Assembly (NCBI GenBank): GCA_030632085.1
Contig: DAOVJY010000004.1
Location: forward strand, 16,000 to 79,999
DNA: 64,000 nucleotides
Direction: 5' to 3'
Source: Candidatus Omnitrophota bacterium
Lineage (GTDB): Bacteria > Omnitrophota > Gorgyraeia > JAGLLT01
This document shows, piece by piece, positions 20,073-29,764 of this stretch. The position numbers and the translations under genes were made by a program. The notes under the pieces were generated by a model that saw only the letters and a program-made list of their open reading frames with translations, was not told the origin of the DNA and searched no databases. The number at the start of each line of letters is the position of its first letter. The stretch's first letter is position 1.

Positions 20073-20885
20073 ATGCTTAAAAAATTTGTTTTTTTACTTT
20101 TTATTTTAAATTTGAGTCTGGTTTTAATTCCATCAATAACGGCAGCTAAATCTTTATCACCTTTAGTTACTCAGGACGCCAACGTTATAGAAGCGGGCAG
20201 CCTTGAAGTCAGGTTAGGCCTTGAGTATTTTGAGAATCTAAACATTGCCTTTGATGCAAACAACAATAGGGATAGAGATATCTGGAATATTCCCACACTT
20301 GATCTTATAATCGGTGCCGGTAAAATCGTAGAAATTCAGGCTTACTTTGAAGGCATCTACGCAGATGAAAAAAATTTTGACAGCACTTATGGAGCAGGAG
20401 ACTTAAAGTTGTTTACTAAATTTCAACTCCGCCAAGAAGACGATATGCCGGCAGTCGCTTTCAGATTTGGAACAAAATTACCTAATGCCAGCAATGAAGA
20501 CCGCCTGGGTACTGATGAGTTTGATGTTTCAGGATTGTTTCTTCTTAGCAAGCATTTAGGTAATATCGAAACACATTTCAATTTAGGTATGGGGATTCTC
20601 GGTAATCCTCACGAAAACAGTAATCAAGACGATGTTTTTTTGTATGGTCTTGGCCTTATAATACCGGCAACCGATAAGCTTAATTTCGCATTAGAGGTTA
20701 ATGGGCAAAGTTGTTCTAATGATAATAACGATTTCTCACATTTTATGGCAGGCCTGCAGTATCAGGCAGAAGCCGTTCGCTTTGATGTTGGCGTCACTGC
20801 CGGCTTAAGCGATGAAAGCCAGGATTGGTCGGTAAAATGTGGTGCAACTAAAACATTTGATAACTTTTTTTCGGCGGCGAAATGA
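20073..20885 (+). CDS. Putative outer-membrane beta-barrel protein (MetA-pathway/transporter-like)
   Basis: Signal peptide, alternating amphipathic strands, C-terminal aromatic (..DNFF). Confidence 0.5.
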   Translation: MLKKFVFLLFILNLSLVLIPSITAAKSLSPLVTQDANVIEAGSLEVRLGLEYFENLNIAFDANNNRDRDIWNIPTLDLIIGAGKIVEIQAYFEGIYADEKNFDSTYGAGDLKLFTKFQLRQEDDMPAVAFRFGTKLPNASNEDRLGTDEFDVSGLFLLSKHLGNIETHFNLGMGILGNPHENSNQDDVFLYGLGLIIPATDKLNFALEVNGQSCSNDNNDFSHFMAGLQYQAEAVRFDVGVTAGLSDESQDWSVKCGATKTFDNFFSAAK

Positions 20886-21343
20886 ATATAAGAGAATATA
20901 AAGATAACGACTCACAAAATCTAAAAAATATATTAGAACAATTCTTTAAACAAGAGTTATCCTTTAAACTTGAGGGGGCCACAGAAGAAGACTTGAATAA
21001 TATTAAACCGGCCTATGCAAGCGAAAGAGATATTATACTTGTTGCCGAAGAAGATAATCAGGCTATCGGCTTTATCGCGATTAAAGAAGAATCTGATGAA
21101 ACCGCCCTTATTAGAAGACTGCTTATACATCAGGGTTACAGACAAAGGAAATTTGGAACCAATTTACTTCATCGAGGACTCGACATAGCTAAAATTAAAG
21201 GGTATAAGAATATTTATTTTCGCTCTACAGAAATTATGAAGCCTATTATATCACTATTGCTTAAAAACGGATTCAAAGAAAAAAGTTTTCAGAAAATAGA
21301 AGGCCATAAAATCATTGAACTCTCGAAAAATATCGACAAATAA
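20882..21343 (+). CDS. GNAT-family N-acetyltransferase
   Basis: IGFIAIK..LLIHQGYRQRKFGTNLL acetyl-CoA-binding motif A region. Confidence 0.75.
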   Translation: MNIREYKDNDSQNLKNILEQFFKQELSFKLEGATEEDLNNIKPAYASERDIILVAEEDNQAIGFIAIKEESDETALIRRLLIHQGYRQRKFGTNLLHRGLDIAKIKGYKNIYFRSTEIMKPIISLLLKNGFKEKSFQKIEGHKIIELSKNIDK

Positions 21344-21344
21344 T

Positions 21345-22013
21345 ATGACGGGTATATCTGTTAAGCGAGCGCGCCGTATAGATATAACAACTCAGAAAAA
21401 GTACGGCATATCCGGCAAAATCCTTATGGAAAATGCCGGTTTAAGAACTGCCGAGCTAACACTTAAAATTATTAAGGCGAAGAGGGCAATGAAGAATATT
21501 TGCGTTATCTGCGGTAAGGGAAATAACGCCGGTGACGGTTTCGTAGCCGCCAGGCACTTAATCAACGCCGGAGCCAACGTCACTATCCTGCTTTTATATA
21601 AAGCCGATACCTTCAGTGAAGACGCTAAATACAATTACAGCATTTTAAAAAAACTAAAGGTGAAGCTAAAGTTTTTAGGAGAAAAAAATATAACCAGAAA
21701 CTATGAAGATATCGTAAAGCAAAGTTCCTTGATAATTGATGCTGTTTTCGGCATTGGCTTTAAAGGAAAATTGGATACTCGTTTTGCCGATTTGTTTAAT
21801 GTTATTAATGCTTCAAAAAAAATTATTCTTGCTGTAGATGTCCCCTCCGGCTTAAACGCGGATAATGGTTTAATAAGCCCGGTATGCATTGAAGCCGACT
21901 ACACCATAACTTTTGGTTTAGCAAAAAAAGGATTTTATTTGAACCAAGGTCCCGGGGCTTGCGGTAAAATCATTGTAGACGCGATAACTTTTCCTAAACC
22001 TTTGTTAATATAA
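21345..22013 (+). CDS. NAD(P)H-hydrate epimerase (YjeF N-terminal domain only)
   Basis: LMENAGLRTAE..ICVICGKGNNAGDGFVAARHL..VDVPSGL; start chosen at ATG 21345 to avoid overlap (ORF track 21315). Confidence 0.8.
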   Translation: MTGISVKRARRIDITTQKKYGISGKILMENAGLRTAELTLKIIKAKRAMKNICVICGKGNNAGDGFVAARHLINAGANVTILLLYKADTFSEDAKYNYSILKKLKVKLKFLGEKNITRNYEDIVKQSSLIIDAVFGIGFKGKLDTRFADLFNVINASKKIILAVDVPSGLNADNGLISPVCIEADYTITFGLAKKGFYLNQGPGACGKIIVDAITFPKPLLI

Positions 22014-22024
22014 AGGAGATTGTA

Positions 22025-22744
22025 ATGCTCAAACAAAAATTTCGCAGAAAACAATACATCATCAAGCCTGTTTTCCAGCTAAAGATATCTTTTATCATTG
22101 TTATGACATTGCTTTTAGCGACTGCAATCACAGCCAGTTTACTTTACTTTAATATACTTAATTCCGTTTTGCCTGAATTTTCCACCGACAAGCTTAAACA
22201 AAGAATAGAAATAGCGGCTGATATACGCATGAGGCAAATTGCCAGGTATTCACCGGAAGTAACAGAAAATACAGAATTCCAGATATTTTTCCCGGAAACC
22301 GCAAAGATGCTCTCTGACTATGAAACTCAGATAGTCGTCCAAGTCCTTCACGATGTTAACAAAAATTTAGTACCCTGGATTATGGTTTTATTTGCCTTGA
22401 TACTTTCCTTTGGCATATTCTTGACACATCGAATAGCCGGCCCTATTTACAGATTTGAGGAAACTATAAAAAATGCGACGGAGGGCGATTTAAATGCCAG
22501 AATAAAACTTCGCTGGGCGGATGAATTTAAAAATTTGGCCGGTAGTATCAACGGCATGCTCAACTCACTCTCTCAAAGACTAATTAAGTTAAAGAAAGCA
22601 TCTGAAAAACTGCAGGAAATAAGCGCTCAAATGGAAAGTAAGGCCGCTGGAAGCGCTAAAGAATTAAAGGAACTTATCATTGAAAATCAAAAACAGGCGG
22701 ATGAAATACAGAAAATACTCAATTATTACAAATGCGTTAAATAA
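22025..22744 (+). CDS. HAMP-domain membrane protein (two TM helices plus HAMP plus coiled coil; no output domain)
   Basis: HAMP signature RIAGPIYRFEETIKNATEGDLNARIKL..FKNLAGSINGMLNSL. Confidence 0.65.
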   Translation: MLKQKFRRKQYIIKPVFQLKISFIIVMTLLLATAITASLLYFNILNSVLPEFSTDKLKQRIEIAADIRMRQIARYSPEVTENTEFQIFFPETAKMLSDYETQIVVQVLHDVNKNLVPWIMVLFALILSFGIFLTHRIAGPIYRFEETIKNATEGDLNARIKLRWADEFKNLAGSINGMLNSLSQRLIKLKKASEKLQEISAQMESKAAGSAKELKELIIENQKQADEIQKILNYYKCVK

Positions 22745-22772
22745 AACAATTTAAAATTGAAATTTATAACTT

Positions 22773-24041
22773 ATGAGCAAAAGGATATTATTGGCTTTTA
22801 TTATTATTTCTATTTTACTGGCGCAACCGGCTCTACTTGCGGCCGATACACCCATAGATAATGATGATTTTATAAATAAGCTCGAGAAAGATATATTTAT
22901 TTTCTTCCTAAAACAAACTAACCTTCAAAACGGCTTAATAAAAGATTCATCTCGGCCGGGCGCTCCCTGCAGCATTGCTTCCTGCGGCTTCGGACTAACA
23001 GCTCTGTGTATCGGTGCCGAAAGAAGTTGGATATCCCAAGATGAAGCTTACAAACGAGTTTTAAAAATGATAATTACTTTTCGAGATAAAGTCCCCCATG
23101 AACACGGTTATTTTTATCACTTCATACACATGAAAAACTGCAAAAGGGTCTGGAATTGCGAGGTCTCATCTATAGACACAGCTCTCTTTTTCGCGGGAGC
23201 TCTTTTCGCGAGTGAATATTTTAAGGGCACGCAAGTTGAAAAAATAGCTAAAGAATTATACGAAAGGGTTAACTGGCCATGGTTAGCCAAAAACGGCTTA
23301 ATTAGTATGGGCTATAAACCTGAAACAGGAATGTTCCCTTATTTTTGGAATTCATATAATGAAGCTATGATCTTATACGCTCTGGCCATTGGCTCACCAA
23401 CACATCCTCTGCCGCCTGATAGTTGGAAGGCGTGGAAAAGACCGATAGCTAAATATGAAGATTATGAATTAGTATACTGCGTTACCGGAAGTTTATTCGT
23501 TTATCAATATTCTCATTGCTGGATAGATTTTAGAAAATTGGATGACAACGGAATAAACTGGTTTGATAACTCCATAAAAGCCACAAAGGCCAATCGGCAA
23601 TTCTGTATTAATAACCAGGATAAATATAAAACATATAGCTCAAACGTATGGGGATTAACGGCTTCAACGGGACCTTGGGGATATAAGGGTTATGGAGCTA
23701 AGCCCGGCCATCCTATACATGATGGTACTATATGCCCTTATGGCGCTTTAGGATCAATTGTATTTACACCTGAAATCTCAATTGCCAGCACACGCTATCT
23801 ATATGACACTTATAAAAACAAAATATATTCACAATATGGCTTCATAGACTCATTTAATATAGACAAAAACTGGTACTCCAAAGAACACATCGGCATTAGT
23901 ATGGGTACCGGCTTAATAATGATAGAAAATTACCGCAGCGGCATGGTTTGGAAGGGCTTTATGCGCAATTCATACATACGCAAGTGGCTAGCGTTATGCC
24001 TTGGCATCAGTAATCAAAACTTAAAAAGGCGGTTAATATAA
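22773..24041 (+). CDS. Secreted glucoamylase-like (alpha/alpha)6 glycoside hydrolase (DUF3131/GH144-like)
   Basis: Signal peptide; blocks IDTALFFAGALFASEYF, YGFIDSFN, GLIMIENYRSG resemble putative-glucoamylase/beta-1,2-glucanase family. Confidence 0.5.
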   Translation: MSKRILLAFIIISILLAQPALLAADTPIDNDDFINKLEKDIFIFFLKQTNLQNGLIKDSSRPGAPCSIASCGFGLTALCIGAERSWISQDEAYKRVLKMIITFRDKVPHEHGYFYHFIHMKNCKRVWNCEVSSIDTALFFAGALFASEYFKGTQVEKIAKELYERVNWPWLAKNGLISMGYKPETGMFPYFWNSYNEAMILYALAIGSPTHPLPPDSWKAWKRPIAKYEDYELVYCVTGSLFVYQYSHCWIDFRKLDDNGINWFDNSIKATKANRQFCINNQDKYKTYSSNVWGLTASTGPWGYKGYGAKPGHPIHDGTICPYGALGSIVFTPEISIASTRYLYDTYKNKIYSQYGFIDSFNIDKNWYSKEHIGISMGTGLIMIENYRSGMVWKGFMRNSYIRKWLALCLGISNQNLKRRLI

Positions 24042-24057
24042 CCGGGGAGGGAAGTTC

Positions 24058-24387
24058 ATGAATAAATTATTAATCTTGCTTATGTGCCTTGCGGCAGTTA
24101 TAAGTTTTATTTCTTGCGCGGAAATAGCTCCGCCAACTCCGGTTGAAATTCTAAGACACCCCCTTGGCACTGATGCTCTTCGCAAGGGCATGTCCAAAGA
24201 GGAAGTTATGGAAAACTGGGGGCAACCCAGTTCGGTTAACAGGCTTGAAGAAGCCACTGCCTGGAGCGACGCCAAAGAAGAATGGATTTATAACGCGAAG
24301 TATCCGGCGGTCAAAATTAACGCCAATTATCTCGCAAAAACAAGGCATCTTTTCTTTGAAGGTGATTCTCTGATTAGGTGGGAATAA
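24058..24387 (+). CDS. Hypothetical lipoprotein
   Basis: Lipobox LAAVISFISCAE; no motifs. Confidence 0.5.
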   Translation: MNKLLILLMCLAAVISFISCAEIAPPTPVEILRHPLGTDALRKGMSKEEVMENWGQPSSVNRLEEATAWSDAKEEWIYNAKYPAVKINANYLAKTRHLFFEGDSLIRWE

Positions 24388-24412
24388 AAAAATGATGGAG
24401 GAGGGCAGGTAA

Positions 24413-25072
24413 ATGAAAAAATTTTTAATATTACTGCTACTTGTCTTTATTTTTTATGGCTGCTCAAGGCATGTCATTAAATATGACATTAGTGATACCA
24501 GCATCAAATGGAACAAAAAACATATCCTGGCTATAAAAGATTTTAAAGATTTAAGGCCGCAAGAAGAAAGAAAGGGTGATACGAGTAAATTTCTAAAGTT
24601 TGCCTCAAAGGACGATCACTTTAAAAAACCCATCACTCAATCATTGGATGAGGTCTTAAAGGAAGAATTCGCTAATTTAGGTATTTACATTCTGGATTAT
24701 GAAGGTGACGACCCAAGAGCCTGTCACTATGTCCTTTCAGGCAGTATTAATCACTTTCAAACAGCTGTAAAACTACCAAAAATAACTATAGTTCCTTATC
24801 TTGGAGCGGTAGCCGGCGTTTGGTCGAAAGATCAATTTATTATTGCCATTGAAATAGACATCGAACTTAGAGATAATGCTACAGGTAAAAAGATTATGAA
24901 AAAAACGTATAATTTCAGTGAAGAAAAAGAACTGCCTACGGGATTGCTCTCATTGGCCAGGTATTCGCGTGGGTTCAATTACAAATTAAAACTATTAGAC
25001 GCGGCCCTTAGCGACGTAATTGAGGATATAAGAAACGACGTCGTTGAAGTTATTGACGAAAATTATAACTAA
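24413..25072 (+). CDS. Hypothetical lipoprotein
   Basis: Lipobox IFYGCSRH; no motifs. Confidence 0.5.
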   Translation: MKKFLILLLLVFIFYGCSRHVIKYDISDTSIKWNKKHILAIKDFKDLRPQEERKGDTSKFLKFASKDDHFKKPITQSLDEVLKEEFANLGIYILDYEGDDPRACHYVLSGSINHFQTAVKLPKITIVPYLGAVAGVWSKDQFIIAIEIDIELRDNATGKKIMKKTYNFSEEKELPTGLLSLARYSRGFNYKLKLLDAALSDVIEDIRNDVVEVIDENYN

Positions 25073-26172
25073 TGAAAAACTTTAAAGATAAGAATAAAAT
25101 TAAAGCGTATTCATCTCTAAAACATAAGCTTTATTTCCTGAGCTTGGTTTTTAATATTGGCATCTTGCTTATTTTCATTCTAAGCGGTTTAAACTCTGAC
25201 TTAAGAAATTTTATAGCCGGTGCTTCAACTAGCTTCTATTTAAAACTCACCATATTTTACATAGTTTTCAGTGTTGCTTTTTTTATTTTAGGCTTGCCGC
25301 TTGATTACTATGATGGCTACACGGCTGAACATAGGTATAGCCTTTCAACTCAAAGTAAAAAAGAATGGTTGAAAGATACCCTAAAAAAATTTGGGGTATC
25401 TTTAGGTATCGGGATAATTTTAATTTTAACTCTTTATTATTTATTGAGGAATTTTTCAAGTATCTGGTGGTTACTAGCCGCGGTTTTCTATTTCTTATTT
25501 AGTGTTCTGATGGCTAAAATAATGCCTATAGTTATTTTGCCGTTATTCTATAAGCAAAAACCTTTGGAAAGCCGGGAATTGAAAGAGAGCTTACTTAAAC
25601 TAGCAAAGAAAACAGGGCAGAACATTAAAGACGTTTTTGAGATCGACTTAAGCCGCCAAACCAAAAAAGCTAATGCCGCTTTAGTCGGCTCCGGCAATAC
25701 CAGACGTATTCTTTTAGCTGATACACTCATAAAAAATTATACCGATGAAGAAATAGAAGTTATCCTGGCCCATGAATTAGCTCATCATGCCTTAAAACAT
25801 ATGAGGTCTATCTTAATATTTGGAGGAGTGATCTCTCTTGGTATATTTTTTATAATCAATAAACTACTCGTCATATCGGTAAGCTCCAGCTACATAAACA
25901 ACCTCGCCGATATGGCAGGTTTACCGCTAATACTTTTAATATTTAGTACTTTGAGCTTAATAATTTCGCCCATACAAAACGCCTTTACGCGCAAGCTGGA
26001 AACTGACGCTGACAGATATGCCCTTAAACTTACTAAATTAAATAAAGCTTTTATATCAGCCATGGAGAAGTTAACTGAACAAAACTTAAGCGACCCAGAA
26101 CCCTCAAAGTTTATTGAAATTATGCTTTACGATCATCCACCGGTAGCAAAACGAATTAAATTAGCCAAGTAA
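25072..26172 (+). CDS. M48-family (Ste24/HtpX-like) zinc metalloprotease, membrane
   Basis: Polytopic N-terminus, HELAHHALKH HExxH motif, downstream ETDAD. Confidence 0.8.
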   Translation: MKNFKDKNKIKAYSSLKHKLYFLSLVFNIGILLIFILSGLNSDLRNFIAGASTSFYLKLTIFYIVFSVAFFILGLPLDYYDGYTAEHRYSLSTQSKKEWLKDTLKKFGVSLGIGIILILTLYYLLRNFSSIWWLLAAVFYFLFSVLMAKIMPIVILPLFYKQKPLESRELKESLLKLAKKTGQNIKDVFEIDLSRQTKKANAALVGSGNTRRILLADTLIKNYTDEEIEVILAHELAHHALKHMRSILIFGGVISLGIFFIINKLLVISVSSSYINNLADMAGLPLILLIFSTLSLIISPIQNAFTRKLETDADRYALKLTKLNKAFISAMEKLTEQNLSDPEPSKFIEIMLYDHPPVAKRIKLAK

Positions 26173-26189
26173 TAAAAAGGAGGTATGTT

Positions 26190-26498
26190 ATGTCTGACGA
26201 AAAAGTTTTAAAGGCAAATAAGGCGGGAACGGCAGCAGTCTTGTCTTTTGTTTTCTGTGGTATGGGACATATTTACATCGGTGAAATTAAAAAGGGTCTT
26301 AAGATAATGTTTTACTCATCCTTGTATTTGTTTATTTTGATAACAGGAGCCACGATTGTAATTTATGAGATTATACTTAATGTGCCTAATCCACCTTTAT
26401 TAATTTGGGGTATCGTCATAGCTATTTTAGGTCTTATAGCTAATGTAATCACTAGCGTTTATAACATTTATGACGCATACAACAGCGGGTTAAAATAA
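26190..26498 (+). CDS. Small membrane protein, TM2-domain-like
   Basis: FVFCGMGHIYIGE motif plus two TM helices. Confidence 0.45.
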   Translation: MSDEKVLKANKAGTAAVLSFVFCGMGHIYIGEIKKGLKIMFYSSLYLFILITGATIVIYEIILNVPNPPLLIWGIVIAILGLIANVITSVYNIYDAYNSGLK

Positions 26499-26515
26499 CA
26501 AAGGAGTAAACAACA

Positions 26516-26836
26516 ATGGTTAGTTTTGAAGACTTTAAGAAGTTTGAAATAAAAACAGCTAAGATATTAGAAGCCAACGATCATCCGAACGCGGATAAAC
26601 TTTTGGTTCTAAAGGTCGATGTTGGTCAAACGCAAAAACAGATAGTCGCCGGCATAAAGGGCCATTACACCAATGAAGAACTTATCGGTAAAACTATCGT
26701 GATAATTGATAATATTGAGGCAGCGGTAATCAGGGGAGAGGAGTCCAATGGTATGATTCTGGTTACCAAAGACGACGAAACTCTTGCTCTTCTTACGCCT
26801 GATAAACCCGTTAATAACGGCAGCAAGATCAGTTAA
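26516..26836 (+). CDS. tRNA-binding domain protein (CsaA/Trbp111/EMAP-like)
   Basis: FKKFEIKTAKILEANDHPNADKLLVLKVDVGQTQKQIVAGI..SNGMIL OB-fold tRNA-binding signature. Confidence 0.85.
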   Translation: MVSFEDFKKFEIKTAKILEANDHPNADKLLVLKVDVGQTQKQIVAGIKGHYTNEELIGKTIVIIDNIEAAVIRGEESNGMILVTKDDETLALLTPDKPVNNGSKIS

Positions 26837-26839
26837 TTC

Positions 26840-27127
26840 ATGCGCGGGTATTTACATCGGGGTGATTTCGAGAATATATGCTGCCGCTGCGGCATCTGTT
26901 GCGGCTCAGAAGACGGCGACCCCTGCGAAAATTTAAAACAAGATAAAGACGGTAAATATTACTGCCCGATATATGAAAACCGTTTTGGTAAACATAAAAC
27001 CGTAAACGGCACAATAATCAGCTGCGTTCCTATAGAAGAAGCACTGAGAAACAATCCCGAATTAAGAAAAAAATGCGCCTACGCGAAATTTTCCATAAAA
27101 AAGCATGAGACAGAAGCAAAAAAATAG
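26840..27127 (+). CDS. YkgJ/UPF0153-like cysteine-cluster protein (CxxCxxCC)
   Basis: ICCRCGICCG motif plus additional Cys; 3 nt after the tRNA-binding protein gene. Confidence 0.55.
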   Translation: MRGYLHRGDFENICCRCGICCGSEDGDPCENLKQDKDGKYYCPIYENRFGKHKTVNGTIISCVPIEEALRNNPELRKKCAYAKFSIKKHETEAKK

Positions 27128-28400
27128 AATACTACATTTAGAATGCCAAATAACAAAAGACGGCTTTAAAATAATAACCCAAAGCCGGTCTTTTATGTTG
27201 AGATATCCTGATGTTATCTGGAAAAATTATCCTCAACATCATAAAAGTTTTTTAGTAGATAATCTCGCTTACACCTTAAGCGCCAATATTCCTTTAGTTT
27301 CTTCTGTAAATAAAATTATATACAAAAATACTTCCGAGCCCTTTATTAGGCCTTATATTGACTTATGCATTTACGAACAAATCCCCTCAGCTATAAATTC
27401 CTACAAAGATAATACTCTTCAACAAATAGCCAATTTCAGCAAAGCAGAATTTTGCTTTAAGGATGATAAGGTCAAAGCGCCGCCTAAAACCTGGCCCAAG
27501 ACCACCAAGAAGAAAGCAATTCTACCGCTTTCATTCGGAAAAGACAGCCTAAGCACATTAGGACTGCTGCTTAATAGAAAAGTTAAACCCATAGGAATAT
27601 ACATAAACGATACAGTCTCACCTTCGGAAAACATAATTAAACTCTTTATGGCTGAAAGAATAGAAACTGAGCAGGATATAAATACCTCCGTAGTGTTTAA
27701 CGAAATAGAAAAATTAAATGATTTTGAGTACTGGCAGCATCCCGAAAGCTGCCTGGGATACATGCATATGATTATAGGCTTCGTTTTGATTTGCCTTCCT
27801 TTTGCCTACTATTATAAAACTTCAAATATCTATCTGGGCAATCAAATGGATATGGATTATCCCTTTACAAATAAAGAGGGAATATTGACTTACCCGGCAC
27901 CGGATCAGAACTCTAAATGGTTAAGCTATGCTAATCAAATCACCCAATATATAACAGGGCAGGCGGTGAGAGTAGATAGTCTTATCAAGAATTATTCCAA
28001 TATAGCCCTTATAAAACTACTGCATGAAAATTTTCCCTATCTGGGGCAGTATGAAGTTTCCTGTGATTCGCTGGATGCGTCTAATGAAGTCCGCTGGTGC
28101 TGTAATTGCGCAAAATGCGCGCGGCTATCAATTTTTATGAAAGCTTTTAATATTAATACTCAGAGCCTGGGCATGAAGTCTGATATGCTTTTAAAAAGAC
28201 ATCAAAAGCTATATTCCTTATTTAACACAAGAGGTGTTGATCAATACGAACAGTCCCCGCAAGCAAAGGAACAGCAACTGCTGGCTTTTTACCTAGCATA
28301 CGAAAACGGGCAAGAGGGGTATTTGATGGATTACTTCAAGAAAAAATACCTAAAAAAAGCTACTTCTCAATTAAAACAGCTTAAAAAGAAATATTTGTAG
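27105..28400 (+). CDS. PP-loop (adenine-nucleotide alpha-hydrolase) superfamily protein with C-terminal Cys cluster, uncharacterized
   Basis: PP-loop-like ILPLSFGKDSLSTLGLL (SGGxDS variant), C-terminal RWCCNCAKCARL; overlaps upstream gene by 23 nt (true start may be an internal Met). Confidence 0.5.
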   Translation: MRQKQKNRILHLECQITKDGFKIITQSRSFMLRYPDVIWKNYPQHHKSFLVDNLAYTLSANIPLVSSVNKIIYKNTSEPFIRPYIDLCIYEQIPSAINSYKDNTLQQIANFSKAEFCFKDDKVKAPPKTWPKTTKKKAILPLSFGKDSLSTLGLLLNRKVKPIGIYINDTVSPSENIIKLFMAERIETEQDINTSVVFNEIEKLNDFEYWQHPESCLGYMHMIIGFVLICLPFAYYYKTSNIYLGNQMDMDYPFTNKEGILTYPAPDQNSKWLSYANQITQYITGQAVRVDSLIKNYSNIALIKLLHENFPYLGQYEVSCDSLDASNEVRWCCNCAKCARLSIFMKAFNINTQSLGMKSDMLLKRHQKLYSLFNTRGVDQYEQSPQAKEQQLLAFYLAYENGQEGYLMDYFKKKYLKKATSQLKQLKKKYL

Positions 28401-28454
28401 TTTTATTATATTTTATAATGTAGGTTAATGGAAGCTTCTAATTAAAGGTAATTA

Positions 28455-28703
28455 ATGAAAAAACCTCACATTGAATATCCCCGCAAATGGGATTATAAAC
28501 TATTCGGAACCAATGAAGGAAACCTCCGCAAGGCTGTAGTTGAGGTGATGGGTGCTAATAAATACGAGTTAGCTCTTTCTCGGAAAAGTTCCGGCGGTAA
28601 ATATGTATCCTTACATTTAGAAACTGAGGTCTACTCAGAAGACGAGCGCAATAAGATATACACTTCTCTAAGTAATCATAAAGCGGTAATAAGGATAATA
28701 TAA
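28455..28703 (+). CDS. DUF493/YbeD-like small protein
   Basis: 82 aa; EYPRKWDYKLFG..VVEVMG pattern of UPF0250 family. Confidence 0.45.
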   Translation: MKKPHIEYPRKWDYKLFGTNEGNLRKAVVEVMGANKYELALSRKSSGGKYVSLHLETEVYSEDERNKIYTSLSNHKAVIRII

Positions 28704-28705
28704 AT

Positions 28706-29716
28706 TTGAATAAAGAGCATGTTAAATACGAAGTTGACCCCTATAATAGATTAGTTCTAATCGAAAGCTGCAAAGCAACACAACTTCCCAAATTCAGGCA
28801 AGTTTTAGAAGGGCGGTTTAAACTTGATAAAAAAAATAACCTTACCTATATAGTAAAAAAACCACTCTCAAAAGACACTCCGCATCAGGTTAAATTAAAA
28901 GGTAAATGGGCCCTTACTAAGGATAATGACTTATTATTAACTCTTGATAAATTTAAAAGAGAATCTTTAGGTGATAAATTAACCTTAAAGGGCCAGTTTA
29001 AAAAAGCCACAAAGGATTCACTTGATTTCTCCCTTACAACTAAAAGCAAAGAAAATACCCAGTCTACTTATATCATAAAACTTAATGGCAAATGGCAAGC
29101 AGACAAATATAACCAACTAACCTTTAATGTACGAAAAGAGAAAGGCAAATATGATATCTTAACCCTTAAGGGCAGCTGGCAGTTAGATAAGAAAAACCAA
29201 GTCATGTACACCTATAAGAAATCCCATCTAATAAGAAAACAAAAGAAAGATTATGTTTTAGCTTTCAGGGGATATTGGAATATAAAGACTAAAAAGAGGA
29301 TTTCATACTCTTTGGATAAAAAAGGAGGTTCAGGATTCGATTTTAAGGCTTCTTTTTCTCAATTTCGAAGCAATTACATCAAATATAAGGTTGGAATTAA
29401 AACTCAAGCAAAAAGCAGGCCTAAAAACAGTATAATTACGTTATTCGGACAATGGAGGATCAAAAAAGGTTTAGGGTTGGTATTTGAGGTTAAAAATAAG
29501 CAAGATAAGCCTTATTCCATAAAGTTCCAGGCTGAAGTGAAATTAACCAAGAAAGATACCATAACCCTAATGCTTAAAGATACCAAAAACAAGCCTTTAG
29601 AAGCTAAATTAGAACTAAATCATAGGATATTAGCGGGGGAAGGGGAGACCTTTATCCGCTTTCTTAAATCAAGGAAAGAAAGCGCTGTATTTATTGGCGC
29701 CGGCTTTGGGTGGTAA
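28706..29716 (+). CDS. Lysine-rich protein with about five internal beta-rich repeats (G-K/S-W-x3-K..N motif), hypothetical
   Basis: Repeats LKGKWALTKDND.., LNGKWQADKYNQ.., LKGSWQLDKKNQ.., FRGYWNIKTKKR.., LFGQWRIKKGLG.. Confidence 0.5.
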   Translation: MNKEHVKYEVDPYNRLVLIESCKATQLPKFRQVLEGRFKLDKKNNLTYIVKKPLSKDTPHQVKLKGKWALTKDNDLLLTLDKFKRESLGDKLTLKGQFKKATKDSLDFSLTTKSKENTQSTYIIKLNGKWQADKYNQLTFNVRKEKGKYDILTLKGSWQLDKKNQVMYTYKKSHLIRKQKKDYVLAFRGYWNIKTKKRISYSLDKKGGSGFDFKASFSQFRSNYIKYKVGIKTQAKSRPKNSIITLFGQWRIKKGLGLVFEVKNKQDKPYSIKFQAEVKLTKKDTITLMLKDTKNKPLEAKLELNHRILAGEGETFIRFLKSRKESAVFIGAGFGW

Positions 29717-29764
29717 AAGGCAGGTGGCAGTAAAACAACTAACTTAATTTAGGATTATTGAAAT

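Noticed and set aside
24151-24373. Two overlapping ORFs inside the 24058-24387 lipoprotein gene
   Set aside because: They are alternative-frame shadows. The lipoprotein frame has a lipobox and RBS (GGGAGGG) and is preferred.
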